Source: an uncultured Gammaproteobacteria bacterium (lineage in GTDB: Bacteria > Patescibacteriota > Patescibacteriia > JAHIZJ01). Taken from it: a DNA stretch of 64,000 nucleotides. Shown one piece after another: positions 1 through 10,161 of this stretch. Positions within the stretch are counted from its first letter, which is position 1; every line of letters begins with the position of its first letter. The translations under genes were made by a program, and so were the position numbers. Location: contig CAYJKP010000001.1 in NCBI GenBank assembly GCA_964371245.1, positions 379,042-443,041 of the forward strand. Reading direction: 5' to 3'. The notes under the pieces were generated by a model. That model saw only the letters and a program-made list of their open reading frames with translations, did not search any database and had not been told where the DNA came from.

Positions 1-674
1 CACTCCATATCGCCATCGTGCCAGATGGCAACCGCCGGTGGGCAAAAGCACGTCATTTGCCCACGCTTTTTGGACACAAAAAAGGCGTCGACGTTTTTGA
101 AGACGTTTGTTACGCGGCCTTGGACCGCGGCGTGAAAACAATGACCTTCTGGGCCTTTTCGACGGAAAACTGGGAACGCTCCAAGCGCGAAGTCCAATAC
201 CTTTTGAAATTGTTTGAAGAGGTGTTTACCACCCGCCTGGAAAAAATCCATCGAGAAAATATTCGTCTGGTGGTTTCGGGCCGGACGTGGGAGTTTCCGA
301 AACGGCTCCAAGCCGCTATTCAAAATGCCGTTGAGAAAACAAAACAAAATACGCGCGGCATTGTCCACCTCTGTTTGAATTACGGCGGCCGGGCGGAGAT
401 TGTCGATACGGTCAAGAAAATCGTTAAGAATCATACTGCCCCGGACAAGATTACCGAAGACACAATCTCGAAAAACCTCTATGCGCCAGGATTACCCGAG
501 CCCGACCTGATCATCCGAACATCGGGTGAGCAGCGTTTGTCCGGCTATCTTCTCTGGGAGGCCGAGTATGCGGAATTCCTTTTCGTGAAAAAGCACTGGC
601 CGGATTTCAATCGGCAGGATCTCCAGGAGGCGATCGAGGAATACCAGCGTCGGCAGCGGCGGTTTGGATCGTGA
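1..674 (+). CDS. uppS: undecaprenyl diphosphate synthase (cis-prenyltransferase), 5' end off-window
   Basis: Translating in frame from base 3 gives HIAIVPDGNRRWA, the UppS N-terminal signature, so the ORF-track GTG at 18 is internal. RTSGEQRLS and EAEYAEF motifs are present downstream. Confidence 0.85.
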   Translation, partial: LHIAIVPDGNRRWAKARHLPTLFGHKKGVDVFEDVCYAALDRGVKTMTFWAFSTENWERSKREVQYLLKLFEEVFTTRLEKIHRENIRLVVSGRTWEFPKRLQAAIQNAVEKTKQNTRGIVHLCLNYGGRAEIVDTVKKIVKNHTAPDKITEDTISKNLYAPGLPEPDLIIRTSGEQRLSGYLLWEAEYAEFLFVKKHWPDFNRQDLQEAIEEYQRRQRRFGS

Positions 675-773
675 TGCTGAACGATACTTTATTGAGCGCC
701 GGCGGACAGAAACACGTCCGTTTTTTGATTTTGGCAAGCCCGTAAACATTGGAACGTCGCATAGTCATTAGCG

Positions 774-2078
774 TTGTGCTATGATGGGAATATGCCTGAT
801 TTATTCGACCAAAAAATGGAGCAGGAAATGGCCCGTGAAGCGCCCCTGGCTGATCGGATGCGGCCGCAGACGCTGGACGAAATCCTCGGCCAAGACGAGA
901 TCGTAGGCAAAGACAAAGTCCTGCGCCGCGCCATTGAAAATGATGAGCTTTTTTCAATGATCTTTTGGGGTCCGCCGGGCACGGGGAAAACGACCCTGGC
1001 CAGGATCATCGCGAAAATGACGAAGTCGATCTTTGTCCAGATTTCGGCCGTTACCGCCGGCATCGGCGACTTGCGCCAAATCGTAAAAAAGGCTTTTGAT
1101 GAGCGCAAATTCCACGGCCATCGGACGATCTTATTCGTCGATGAAATTCATCGCTGGAACAAAGCGCAGCAGGATTCGTTTTTGCCGCACGTGGAAAACG
1201 GCACGATCATTTTGATTGGCGCCACCACGGAAAATCCTTCATTTGAAGTCATCAGCCCGCTGTTATCGCGCTGCCGCGTGTATATATTGAAACGTTTACA
1301 AGGCGAGCACATCGGCCGGATATTGAAACAAGCGCTTCAAGATAAGAAGCGGGGATTGGGCAGTTATAAGGTGAAGATCGGAAAAAAGGCGCTCGATCTG
1401 ATTATTGACGCGTCGAACGGCGATGGCCGGACTGCCCTGAACGCGATTGAAATCGCCGTCAAAGGAACGCCGCCTGATAAGCAGGGCATTCGCCACATCC
1501 AAACCAAGACAATCGAAGAAGCGTTGCAGCATCGCTCGCTGCTCTATGACAAGAAAGGCGAGGAGCACTATAACGTTATTTCCGCCTTTATCAAGTCGCT
1601 GCGCGGCTCAAGCCCGGATGGGGCGGTCTACTGGCTGGCGCGGATGCTCGAGGCAGGGGAGGATCCGCGGTTCATCGTTCGGCGCATGGTAATTCTGGCC
1701 TCCGAGGATATTGGCAATGCCGACCCGATGGCGCTCGTGGTGGCGAACGCGGCCGCCCAGGCGGTCGAATTCGTCGGTTTGCCCGAGGCGCAATTAAATC
1801 TCGCCCAAGCCGTGGTTTACCTGGCGCTTGCCCCCAAATCCAATGCCTCCTATAAAGCTCTACTCGCGGCCAAAGCGGACGTGAAAAAAACCATGAACCA
1901 GCCCGTGCCGCTTCATTTGCGCAACGCCGTAACCGGACTCATGGAAGATATCGGCTACGGCAAAGATTATAAATATTCCCATGATTATACGCCCGTGGAA
2001 GGGAAACAAGAGTATCTACCGGATGCGTTGAAGGGAAAAAAATATTATATACCGAAAAAGAATAACACAAAGACATGA
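774..2078 (+). CDS. rarA: replication-associated recombination protein A (AAA+ ATPase RarA/MgsA)
   Basis: Walker A GPPGTGKTTLA, FVDEIHRWNK sensor region and the RarA C-terminal helical lid. True start is probably the Met at 792. Confidence 0.85.
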   Translation: MCYDGNMPDLFDQKMEQEMAREAPLADRMRPQTLDEILGQDEIVGKDKVLRRAIENDELFSMIFWGPPGTGKTTLARIIAKMTKSIFVQISAVTAGIGDLRQIVKKAFDERKFHGHRTILFVDEIHRWNKAQQDSFLPHVENGTIILIGATTENPSFEVISPLLSRCRVYILKRLQGEHIGRILKQALQDKKRGLGSYKVKIGKKALDLIIDASNGDGRTALNAIEIAVKGTPPDKQGIRHIQTKTIEEALQHRSLLYDKKGEEHYNVISAFIKSLRGSSPDGAVYWLARMLEAGEDPRFIVRRMVILASEDIGNADPMALVVANAAAQAVEFVGLPEAQLNLAQAVVYLALAPKSNASYKALLAAKADVKKTMNQPVPLHLRNAVTGLMEDIGYGKDYKYSHDYTPVEGKQEYLPDALKGKKYYIPKKNNTKT

Positions 2079-2959
2079 ATGTCGGCATGATGCTAGCGCT
2101 TGCCTCCGGTCTGTTATGGTCGGTGACGAACATTATTGATAAAACAGTTGTCTCGAAGCATTTCACGAACCAGAAACACATTTTCGTGCCGATGAGTGTT
2201 GTGTACGTGATTCTCGGGACAGGGGCGTGGCTTTATGGCCGAGAGGGGATTTCGCCGACTCATTGCCTGGTCGTAGTCTGTTCCGGCCTGTTGTATCTGG
2301 CGACGAATTATCTATATTTCACAGCGGCGAAGCGCGAGGAGATATCGCGTGTAGTGCCGTTGTTCGCAATCAGCTCGATCTTCGTCGCTCTTTTCGGCGC
2401 CATCTGGTTGGGAGAGATTTTCCATCTTCAAACGTATTTCGGCGTCGTAGCGATCGCTTTCGGCGCGGCGCTGATCATGCTTCGGACGACCATAAGGGAG
2501 CTGATGCGGAGTCATGTACTGGGTATCATGGCGGCGGCGGCACTGGCGAACGCGATCCACGCCATACTTGTAAAATATCTGCTGGGGTTTAATAATTACT
2601 GGACGGTGTTTGGCAGTATTACCCTCGTCAACGGACTATTTGGTCTTATTATTTTTTCTTCTCAGGTGCCGGTTGTTCTGCGACTGGCAAAATCACGGGG
2701 TTGGACTGGAGTAGGCTTGGTAGCATCGTCGGAAACGATCGGCATGTTGGCTTCGCTGCTCTTTACGTTTTCAGCTTCAGTTTGGTATGTAACCCTGGCG
2801 AACGCCGTGTCTCAGATCCAGTATTTGTTTCTTTTTCTAGGGACAATTGTCGTCAGTCGATACCGGCCGAGACTTTTCCAGGAGGCGGTTACGAAACGGA
2901 CGGCTTTGCAAAAAATTGTTGCTATCGCCGCTATTATCTGCGGTGTCGTCCTACTCTAA
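2075..2959 (+). CDS. DMT/EamA-family 10-TM permease
   Basis: Two ~140-aa hydrophobic repeats of 5 TM each, overlapping the rarA stop by ATGA. Confidence 0.6.
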   Translation: MNVGMMLALASGLLWSVTNIIDKTVVSKHFTNQKHIFVPMSVVYVILGTGAWLYGREGISPTHCLVVVCSGLLYLATNYLYFTAAKREEISRVVPLFAISSIFVALFGAIWLGEIFHLQTYFGVVAIAFGAALIMLRTTIRELMRSHVLGIMAAAALANAIHAILVKYLLGFNNYWTVFGSITLVNGLFGLIIFSSQVPVVLRLAKSRGWTGVGLVASSETIGMLASLLFTFSASVWYVTLANAVSQIQYLFLFLGTIVVSRYRPRLFQEAVTKRTALQKIVAIAAIICGVVLL

Positions 2960-3009
2960 CCAAGATATGAATTTACAACCACTCCGTTTTTTGCTATGGT
3001 GGAAGTACT

Positions 3010-3342
3010 ATGACCGACGAAAAATGGCAGGAAACAAAGGGTAAAATAAAGGATACGTTTGACGTGCTCGACGAACGCACCGAAGATCTCATTGACGAGC
3101 CGGGAACGGCTGAAACGATTGAGTTTGTCGGGCCGCTGGGACGGATGCGCTTAGAACGTATCACAAAGCCGGTTGTCATCGGAGAACGGGCGATTGGGGC
3201 GCGTCGGATTGGTTCCCAGAAGACGGTTCAAAAAGAATATTCACCCGACGAAAAAGTGCATTACATAAAAGCCTATAAATTCGACGAAGCGACCGAAGAA
3301 TGGGTGGAAATCGAAATTGAGCCAACCTTATATTCTACCTAA
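3010..3342 (+). CDS. hypothetical acidic soluble protein
   Basis: 110-aa ORF with a GGTGGAAG RBS and no recognizable motif. Confidence 0.45.
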   Translation: MTDEKWQETKGKIKDTFDVLDERTEDLIDEPGTAETIEFVGPLGRMRLERITKPVVIGERAIGARRIGSQKTVQKEYSPDEKVHYIKAYKFDEATEEWVEIEIEPTLYST

Positions 3343-3688
3343 TAATACGCCTATGTTGTTTCAAAGCGAAAAACCAAAAATGATACCGTATGGGATTTAT
3401 GCAGGTTTGCTCGAAGGCGTTTACATCGCGCTAGTGGGCTTGTTCATGATTAACGCAAATAAGTTATTTGGTTCTAACCAGGGGGATACGCCGGCGTCGT
3501 TTATTATCTTTCTCCTGTTATTTGTTTTTAGCGCCGGCTTGTCCGGCCTGATTGTTTTCAGCTATCCGGTTTTTCTCGTTACCCAAAGGAAGTTCCGGGA
3601 GGCAGTTCTGACGGTGTTGGTTACGCTCGTGACGCTCCTATTTCTATTTATCCTGTCATATCTATTGTTTGTCGTGGTGGTTTCATGA
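3317..3688 (+). CDS. hypothetical small membrane protein (3 TM)
   Basis: Hydrophobic 123-aa ORF; start is probably an internal Met (3353 or 3380). Confidence 0.4.
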   Translation: MSQPYILPNNTPMLFQSEKPKMIPYGIYAGLLEGVYIALVGLFMINANKLFGSNQGDTPASFIIFLLLFVFSAGLSGLIVFSYPVFLVTQRKFREAVLTVLVTLVTLLFLFILSYLLFVVVVS

Positions 3689-4257
3689 GACTCGGCACTA
3701 TCAGTAGCAAAAAGCGGCATTGGACGCGACAAACGAAAACTAAGGACAGGCAAGCCTCATTTGCCAGTCGAATACATCCGACAAATGTACGCAATTCGGG
3801 TCGTCGAATGGTCAATAAATTTTTTGATTCGACGTTTTTAGCGGTTCGACGCGTGGCCGTGGTAACATCGTCGTTTCAGCCGAAAAGGAAAATACATCAA
3901 AACTGCGAGCTGCTTGAACAAATAACTGAGCTGCTCGCCAGCCCGAGCGAGGTGGTGCGGCTTTCAGCTCTTCAGGCCTACCTCCAGCTGCCCCTGCCGT
4001 TGGCCGAGTATCGCACAATTGCATTCCACGGACTAACGATTGGCTTGCGGGATCAACAGCCGCGCGTCCGTCGGCAAGCCGTTGTTTTGCTGGGCCAGTT
4101 TATCGAGGTGTATGCGGATCATTGGGAACACGGCATTCCTTTGCTGAACGATTGTTGTCACGATTCGGCAACGTCAGTGGCGAAAAAGGCATATGAAATT
4201 ATACAGCAGCAACACGCCAAAAAAGCAAAAATACAGAAAACATATTTGGTGAGATAG
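3685..4257 (+). CDS. HEAT/PBS-lyase-repeat-like protein
   Basis: Repeats of the form VRLSALQAY...QQPRVRRQAVVLLGQ look like HEAT-like helical hairpins. Start is probably the Met at 3808. Confidence 0.4.
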   Translation: MRLGTISSKKRHWTRQTKTKDRQASFASRIHPTNVRNSGRRMVNKFFDSTFLAVRRVAVVTSSFQPKRKIHQNCELLEQITELLASPSEVVRLSALQAYLQLPLPLAEYRTIAFHGLTIGLRDQQPRVRRQAVVLLGQFIEVYADHWEHGIPLLNDCCHDSATSVAKKAYEIIQQQHAKKAKIQKTYLVR

Positions 4258-4261
4258 TTCA

Positions 4262-5134
4262 ATGCCGGAGTTACCCGAGGTTGAAACAGTTAAAAACGAC
4301 CTGAGACCGCTTCTGCTAAGGAAGCGGATTGTTGATATTGAGGTGCGCTTGCCAAAAATTGTGAAGGTCCCGGTCGCGCAATTCGTTCGACAGATCAAGC
4401 GTGCTCATATCCGCGACGTTCGACGACGCGCGAAAATTCTTTTAATCGATTTGGATAATGGTGCGACGATTTGTATTCATCTCAAGATGTCGGGTCAATT
4501 AATCCTCGCGTCGCGACGCGGCCTCGAGGGTGTCGGCGGACATCAGATTGTCGGTGGAACAGAACATTTACCGAATAAATACACACACGTGATATTTCGA
4601 TTGAGCGGGTCGCGCGTGCTGTATTTTAATGATTTGCGTCAATTCGGGTATCTTACTATCATGCGCACTGATGAATTAGATGCGTTTTTTTCAGAAAAAA
4701 AACTTGGACCCGAGCCATTCCAACGATCATTTAGTATTGATTATTTTACCGGCCAACTTCAACGAAAACGGAAGACGATGATAAAAACGGCGCTGCTCGA
4801 TCAGGCCATGGTTGTCGGGTTAGGCAACATTTATACCGACGAAGTTTTATTTGCCGCGCGGATCAAGCCGACTCGGCGGGTGCACAGCCTCCGTCAGGCC
4901 GAGAAACGCGCCATCTATGACCGGATTAAGTCGATCTTGCGTACCGCCATTCGTCTCCGCGGGACTACCTTTCGCCATTTCCGTGATGGGCGCGGGCAAC
5001 GTGGCAATATGCTCGAATATCTAATGGTTTACGGTCGTTCCGACCAGTTGTGTCGTCGATGCAAAAAAGGTACAATACAAAAGATCCGGCTGGGCAGCCG
5101 GTCGAGTAGCTACTGTCCCGTTTGTCAGCAGTAG
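4262..5134 (+). CDS. mutM: formamidopyrimidine-DNA glycosylase (Fpg/MutM)
   Basis: N-terminal MPELPEVE with catalytic Pro2 and Glu3, H2TH region, and a C-terminal zinc finger CRRC...CPVCQ. Confidence 0.9.
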   Translation: MPELPEVETVKNDLRPLLLRKRIVDIEVRLPKIVKVPVAQFVRQIKRAHIRDVRRRAKILLIDLDNGATICIHLKMSGQLILASRRGLEGVGGHQIVGGTEHLPNKYTHVIFRLSGSRVLYFNDLRQFGYLTIMRTDELDAFFSEKKLGPEPFQRSFSIDYFTGQLQRKRKTMIKTALLDQAMVVGLGNIYTDEVLFAARIKPTRRVHSLRQAEKRAIYDRIKSILRTAIRLRGTTFRHFRDGRGQRGNMLEYLMVYGRSDQLCRRCKKGTIQKIRLGSRSSSYCPVCQQ

Positions 5135-5137
5135 TAA

Positions 5138-5575
5138 TTAGAAGATGAACAGGAAATACAAGCAGCTGATGGCAACGCCGATCAATCCGCCGACAAACGC
5201 TTCCAGCGGGGTATGACCGACTTTTTCATCTAAACGATTGGGAAATTTCAAAGCCTCTGATTGCGGCAATTCGCGTACTAGCATATTCAACATCCGCCCG
5301 TGGGTGCCGAGATACCGCCGAAAACCGATGGCGTCACGGACGATGATGGCTGAGAGGATGAAGACAACGGCAAAGATAGGCGAGTCAATTCCTTCGCTGA
5401 TGCCGATGGCCGTGGTCAGCGAGGCGACAAAAGCCGTATGCGCTGAGGGCATGCCGCCATAGCGATTCAGCATGTGCCATTGGACATTGCCATGCCAGGA
5501 CGCCCGGACAAATTTAAACACCTGAGTAATTATTCCGGCCGTGAGCGAAGCTAATAATATTTTTGGTAAATCCAT
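5138..5575 (-). CDS. divergent PAP2-like (DUF212) membrane acid phosphatase-family protein
   Basis: GGMPSAHTA and GTHGRML phosphatase motifs in a 4-TM protein. Confidence 0.65.
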   Translation of the reverse strand: MDLPKILLASLTAGIITQVFKFVRASWHGNVQWHMLNRYGGMPSAHTAFVASLTTAIGISEGIDSPIFAVVFILSAIIVRDAIGFRRYLGTHGRMLNMLVRELPQSEALKFPNRLDEKVGHTPLEAFVGGLIGVAISCLYFLFIF

Positions 5576-5581
5576 CGTCGT

Positions 5582-6403
5582 ATGATCTATCTCTTTTCAG
5601 TGATCTTCGGGGTGATTCAAGGGCTAACTGAGTTTTTGCCCATTTCGAGTACCGCCCATCTCATTATCTTACATCGTCTTTGGCCGATTGAGGTGGCCTC
5701 GGATTTGGGCTATGATGTCGTTCTTCACGGCGGCACGTTGCTGGCCTTGTTGGCGTATTTCAGGAAAGACGTGGTTCGGTATCTGGCAGGATTTTTCAGA
5801 AGTTTTCGGCGCTGGGACCCGCGCCATGACCATGATCAGCGCCTTGCCTGGTTGATTATCATCGGATCAATACCAGCCGGACTGATTGGCTATGCGTTTG
5901 AGGCTAATATCGAGGAACAGTTGCGCTCGCTTTGGGTGATCGTGGCAACATTATTCGTCGGGGCGGTGTTGTTTTTCATCGTCGAACGCGTGAGTAGAAA
6001 GAATAGAGAAATTGAGACGATTGGCACGGGGACGGCGGTTATCGTCGGTCTGGCACAAGCCCTCGCGCTCATCCCCGGCATTTCCCGTTCCGGCATAACT
6101 ATTATAGCAGGTTTATTCGCTGGGTTGAAGCGAGCGGCCGCCGCCCGGTTCGCGTTTCTTCTCTCCATCCCCATTATTTTTGGCGCGGGATTAAAAAAAA
6201 TCCTTGAATTAGTACAACAAGGAGCTTTGGCTCAGCACCCGCTCGTTTACCTGGTTGGATTGATCGCCAGTATTATCAGCGGCTACCTTTGTATAAAATA
6301 TTTCTTGCGGTTTTTACAGAACCGCTCACTGATACCATTTGCGTATTACCGTCTTGTCCTGGGCGTCGGTTTGGCCATATTATTGCTTGCGGGCGTGTTA
6401 TGA
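5582..6403 (+). CDS. uppP: undecaprenyl-diphosphatase UppP/BacA
   Basis: GLTEFLPISSTAHL and PGISRSG signature motifs in an 8-TM protein. Confidence 0.9.
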   Translation: MIYLFSVIFGVIQGLTEFLPISSTAHLIILHRLWPIEVASDLGYDVVLHGGTLLALLAYFRKDVVRYLAGFFRSFRRWDPRHDHDQRLAWLIIIGSIPAGLIGYAFEANIEEQLRSLWVIVATLFVGAVLFFIVERVSRKNREIETIGTGTAVIVGLAQALALIPGISRSGITIIAGLFAGLKRAAAARFAFLLSIPIIFGAGLKKILELVQQGALAQHPLVYLVGLIASIISGYLCIKYFLRFLQNRSLIPFAYYRLVLGVGLAILLLAGVL

Positions 6404-7213
6404 CACAACCACAAAGACTGCGATAACGGCCACGACCGTGACAATTCTTTTCACGAAGGCAAGAAAGAGCCTCCGCTCGGTCAAAAAAGCCAGCAGGCTG
6501 ACGATAAGCAGGAAATACCCGCCCAGGACGGCCGCCAAGACAGCGGGGGACTTCGGTGCTGATTGCAACGTCGGCCGATCGCGCAGAATCGAGGCCGCTG
6601 ACGCGACATAGCCGGTATTTTCTTCTGGATTGAGATAGTTTGCGTCAACCAGTGTTTCGGATTTTTTCGGAAGCGTGGCGGCATTGACGAGGGTAGCGCT
6701 CGGCACAATGAAATCATTTCGGCTCCCGAATAGCTGGACCGTGACAGTGGTCATTTTTCCATCACGCATGGCGCTCGTGGTGGCAATACCGATTTCTTGA
6801 TAATCCGGGAACAGAATATTCTCGCGGTGGCTTGGACTGTCCATCCAGGCTTGAAATTCCGTACGGGCATCGCCGTAATTGATCGCCAGATTCTCGCCCG
6901 CAAAAATATAGGGATAACCGCTTGCTTCGAAGAAATACCACGGCTTTTTCCCATCGGGCGTATCGTGATCAAAATAGTTTTTTGCAAACATATCTTCAGC
7001 CTTGAGTTTCGCCGCGGCCACGAGCTGTTGATTAATAACCAGCGTATGCAAGTGGTTTTCAAGGCGCGCTTGGTTCGTGAGATAGACGAGGTCGAGCGTC
7101 GGTTGCGCCACTGTTGCCTGGGCCGTTGGCACAACGAAAAAAAGTAGGCCGAAAAGTCCTACTCCAATTGAGAAAATCTTGGCTGATGGCCAATAGCGCG
7201 AAATGTGAAGCAT
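6398..7213 (-). CDS. CAP/SCP/PR1-like domain protein with C-terminal TM anchor
   Basis: YFDHDTPDG...GENLA...SPSHRENIL CAP motifs after a signal peptide. Confidence 0.7.
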   Translation of the reverse strand: MLHISRYWPSAKIFSIGVGLFGLLFFVVPTAQATVAQPTLDLVYLTNQARLENHLHTLVINQQLVAAAKLKAEDMFAKNYFDHDTPDGKKPWYFFEASGYPYIFAGENLAINYGDARTEFQAWMDSPSHRENILFPDYQEIGIATTSAMRDGKMTTVTVQLFGSRNDFIVPSATLVNAATLPKKSETLVDANYLNPEENTGYVASAASILRDRPTLQSAPKSPAVLAAVLGGYFLLIVSLLAFLTERRLFLAFVKRIVTVVAVIAVFVVVS

Positions 7214-7271
7214 GTGTTTTTGTTTTTTGTTTCTATCATAAGTATAGCATATTTAATGGAAAAAATCAACC

Positions 7272-7922
7272 ATGAAGAAATTGATCGATGAATTGATCCG
7301 CGACGACTATCTGAAGACGCCGCGTATAATCGAAGCGTTTCGAAAAATCGATCGAACCGATTTTCTGCCATCCGCCGGAAAAAGCGCCGCGTCGCTTCGT
7401 GACGAGTCGGAGATTAATGCACCGTTGCCAACTGCCTTTGGCCAGACAATCTCTCAACCGCTGACCGTGGCGATAATGCTGGAACTGCTTCAGCCATCAG
7501 CCGGTGATCACGTACTCGATATCGGCAGCGGTTCCGGTTGGACCGCCTGTTTACTGGCCGCGCTGGTCGGAAAAAAAGGGCAGGTGACTAGTCTCGAACG
7601 CATACCCGAACTAAAAGCATTTGCTGAGGAAAATACGAGAAAGTATGCGTTTCCGCATATTACATACCTCGTTGCTGATGGTTGGCGTGGGTATGAGCCG
7701 AACGCGCCATACGACGTTATTCATGTGGCCGCTGCGGCGACCGAGGTACCGGGTGATTTGGTTCAGCAGTTACGGCCGGGTGGACGTCTCTGCCTTCCCG
7801 TTGGCTCAGTCGGACAGGACCTGGTGTTAATAACGAAGAAACCAGACGGTCAGACCACGGAAAAACGCTATCCCGGCTTTGTTTTTGTTCCGCTCGTGCG
7901 CGATGAGAAGAAGGAAAATTGA
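7272..7922 (+). CDS. pcm: protein-L-isoaspartate O-methyltransferase
   Basis: GQTISQP motif and the SAM-binding VLDIGSGSGW motif. Confidence 0.85.
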   Translation: MKKLIDELIRDDYLKTPRIIEAFRKIDRTDFLPSAGKSAASLRDESEINAPLPTAFGQTISQPLTVAIMLELLQPSAGDHVLDIGSGSGWTACLLAALVGKKGQVTSLERIPELKAFAEENTRKYAFPHITYLVADGWRGYEPNAPYDVIHVAAAATEVPGDLVQQLRPGGRLCLPVGSVGQDLVLITKKPDGQTTEKRYPGFVFVPLVRDEKKEN

Positions 7923-7928
7923 ATTACA

Positions 7929-7956
7929 TGACAAAATTAAAATATTTTGGTACAAT
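7929..7956 (+). promoter_or_regulatory. sigma70-like promoter (TGACAA-16-TACAAT), followed by a small hairpin with T-run at 7960..7986
   Basis: Near-consensus hexamers upstream of the nucleotidyltransferase gene. Confidence 0.5.
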
Positions 7957-8015
7957 ATAGGCGGGTATACTTGCCCGTTTTTTCAGACTAATTTCATTGT
8001 TATCGATTAGCGATT

Positions 8016-9101
8016 ATGAAAATCGTCATCCGCGCCGGTGGCAGCGGTACGCGCCTCTGGCCAATCTCGAGGCAGAAAAAGCCGAAACATTTCTTACCGC
8101 TGCTCGGCTCGCGCTCGCTCATGGAAGAGAAAGTCGACGAGCTGAGGCCATTACTGAACCGGTGGAGTGATTTGTATATTTCCGTATCGCGGCCATTCGT
8201 ACCATTGGTGCGGAAACTTGTACCGCGGCTGCCCGAAAAAAACATCATTGCCGAACCGTGCGGCCGGAACACTGGCCCGGCGATCGCTCTTGAAACAGCG
8301 ATTATTGAGGCAGCGGCGCGCGGTAAGGACGACCCAGTGATCGCCAGTCTGACGGTTGACGACGTTTTTTCCGAGGCTGGACGTTTTCGGGATGCGTTAC
8401 GCGCGTCGGAGAAATTTTTGCAGCATCACCCCTTGTGGATTGTCGCCATTGCCTCATCGGTCAAAAAGCCCGATCCGGGCTTGAGTTACATCGAGCGTGG
8501 CCGGACAATGACGCGCTACGGCGGCCAAGCGTTTTCCCGCTCGCTCCGGTGGATCGAGAAGCCGTCCGGCGTTCAATTGACGCGGCTTTTTAAAAACCCA
8601 AACGTGTACGCGCATACTGGTTTGTATGTCTGGAAGGCGTCCACGATACTCTCGCTATTTGAAAAGCACGAACCCAACGTCTACGCATTGAGCCGCCGTA
8701 TTCAACAGTATTACGGTCGTGCCGCCTTTACTCGAAGATTACAACAGTACTTTACCGCCATGCCGTCCCTGACCATCGAAGAAGCGGTGGCGCGGAAAGC
8801 AAAGAATATCGCCGTGGCCGCCGGTGACTTTGGCTGGAGCGACACGGGCAAATGGTATTTGGTCAAGGACCTCATCTCTGAGGGAAAAAATAATGTTACC
8901 CGGGGGCGCGTCGTCACTGTCGGCACTGAGGATTCGCTCATTTACAGTCCGCGCGGAAAAGTTGCCGGGATTGTCGGGGTGAGAGGACTGATCGTCGTCG
9001 ATACGGGTGACGCTTTGCTGGTTTGTCCAAAAGATCGCTCCGGCGACGTGAAAACGCTCGTTGACCGGCTGAAAGAATATAAATTAAACCGCTATCTCTA
9101 A
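8016..9101 (+). CDS. sugar-phosphate nucleotidyltransferase (mannose-1-phosphate guanylyltransferase-like)
   Basis: N-terminal IRAGGSGTRLWPIS motif and NTP_transferase fold. Confidence 0.7.
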   Translation: MKIVIRAGGSGTRLWPISRQKKPKHFLPLLGSRSLMEEKVDELRPLLNRWSDLYISVSRPFVPLVRKLVPRLPEKNIIAEPCGRNTGPAIALETAIIEAAARGKDDPVIASLTVDDVFSEAGRFRDALRASEKFLQHHPLWIVAIASSVKKPDPGLSYIERGRTMTRYGGQAFSRSLRWIEKPSGVQLTRLFKNPNVYAHTGLYVWKASTILSLFEKHEPNVYALSRRIQQYYGRAAFTRRLQQYFTAMPSLTIEEAVARKAKNIAVAAGDFGWSDTGKWYLVKDLISEGKNNVTRGRVVTVGTEDSLIYSPRGKVAGIVGVRGLIVVDTGDALLVCPKDRSGDVKTLVDRLKEYKLNRYL

Positions 9102-9102
9102 C

Positions 9103-10161
9103 ATGCGAGTTTTTACCATTATTATCATCATCCTGGCCGTGATCGTGGTCTTTGCGGGTTTGGGGTTTTTATATTTCACCAGCTTATTGAATGCACCTCA
9201 AACGGGAGCCAGCGTGAAAACCGTCACCTTTGAAATCACTTCGGGCCAGGGAGTGAAAGAAATAAGCAAAAACCTTCACACCGCCGGTCTTATCCGCAGC
9301 GCGACCGCCTTTGAATATTACGTCTGGATGGAGGGGGTTGGAAGCGACATCCAGGCCGGAAAATACGAGCTAAATACTGGCCAGAAAGCAAGTGCCATCA
9401 TCGAAAAGATAACCAAGGGCGACGTTACGGAAAACGAGGTGGAATTTCAAGTTCTTGAGGGATGGAGCATGGTTGATATCGCCGAACAGTATGGCGAGAC
9501 GTTTTCCAGCCTGCAAAACAAAAGCCTCTCGGCCTTAAAAGAGGACTTTTTGAAGGCGGCGGCCACGACCGATTCGCGGAAGCTCATACCCGGCGAAGCG
9601 TATTCATTCCTCTCCGACAAGCCAAAAACGGCCGGCCTGGAGGGGTATCTTTTTCCGGATACCTATCGGCTCTATGACACCGCCACACCCAGCCAGGTTG
9701 TCCAGAAGATGCTTGATAATTTTGGCGATAAGGTGACGGACGAGCTCCGTCAAAAAATCAGCGCGCAGGGTTTAACGCTTTTTCAGGGCGTCACCTTGGC
9801 TTCAATAATTGAGAAAGAGGTGCGGACCGATCAAGATAAAAAGATCGTGGCGGATTTATTCCTCCGGCGCATGGCTGCCGGCATACCGCTTCAGTCAGAC
9901 GCGACGGTCAATTATGTTACCGGCAAAAGCGCGCTCCAGCCGACGATCGACGACACGAAAACAGAGTCATTGTATAATACCTATCTACATCAAGGCCTGC
10001 CGCCCGGTCCGATCTGCAATCCGTCGTTGGCCAGCCTCGCCGCCGTGGCCAGTCCGCAGCCGAATGAGTATTTCTACTATTTGAACACGCCTGAGGGCGA
10101 GACGATATTTAGCAAAACGTTCGAAGAGCACAAGCTCAATAAAGCAAAATATCTTCAATGA
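9103..10161 (+). CDS. mltG: endolytic murein transglycosylase MltG (YceG family)
   Basis: N-terminal TM, LEGYLFPDTYRL motif and C-terminal GLPPGPICNP. Confidence 0.8.
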   Translation: MRVFTIIIIILAVIVVFAGLGFLYFTSLLNAPQTGASVKTVTFEITSGQGVKEISKNLHTAGLIRSATAFEYYVWMEGVGSDIQAGKYELNTGQKASAIIEKITKGDVTENEVEFQVLEGWSMVDIAEQYGETFSSLQNKSLSALKEDFLKAAATTDSRKLIPGEAYSFLSDKPKTAGLEGYLFPDTYRLYDTATPSQVVQKMLDNFGDKVTDELRQKISAQGLTLFQGVTLASIIEKEVRTDQDKKIVADLFLRRMAAGIPLQSDATVNYVTGKSALQPTIDDTKTESLYNTYLHQGLPPGPICNPSLASLAAVASPQPNEYFYYLNTPEGETIFSKTFEEHKLNKAKYLQ

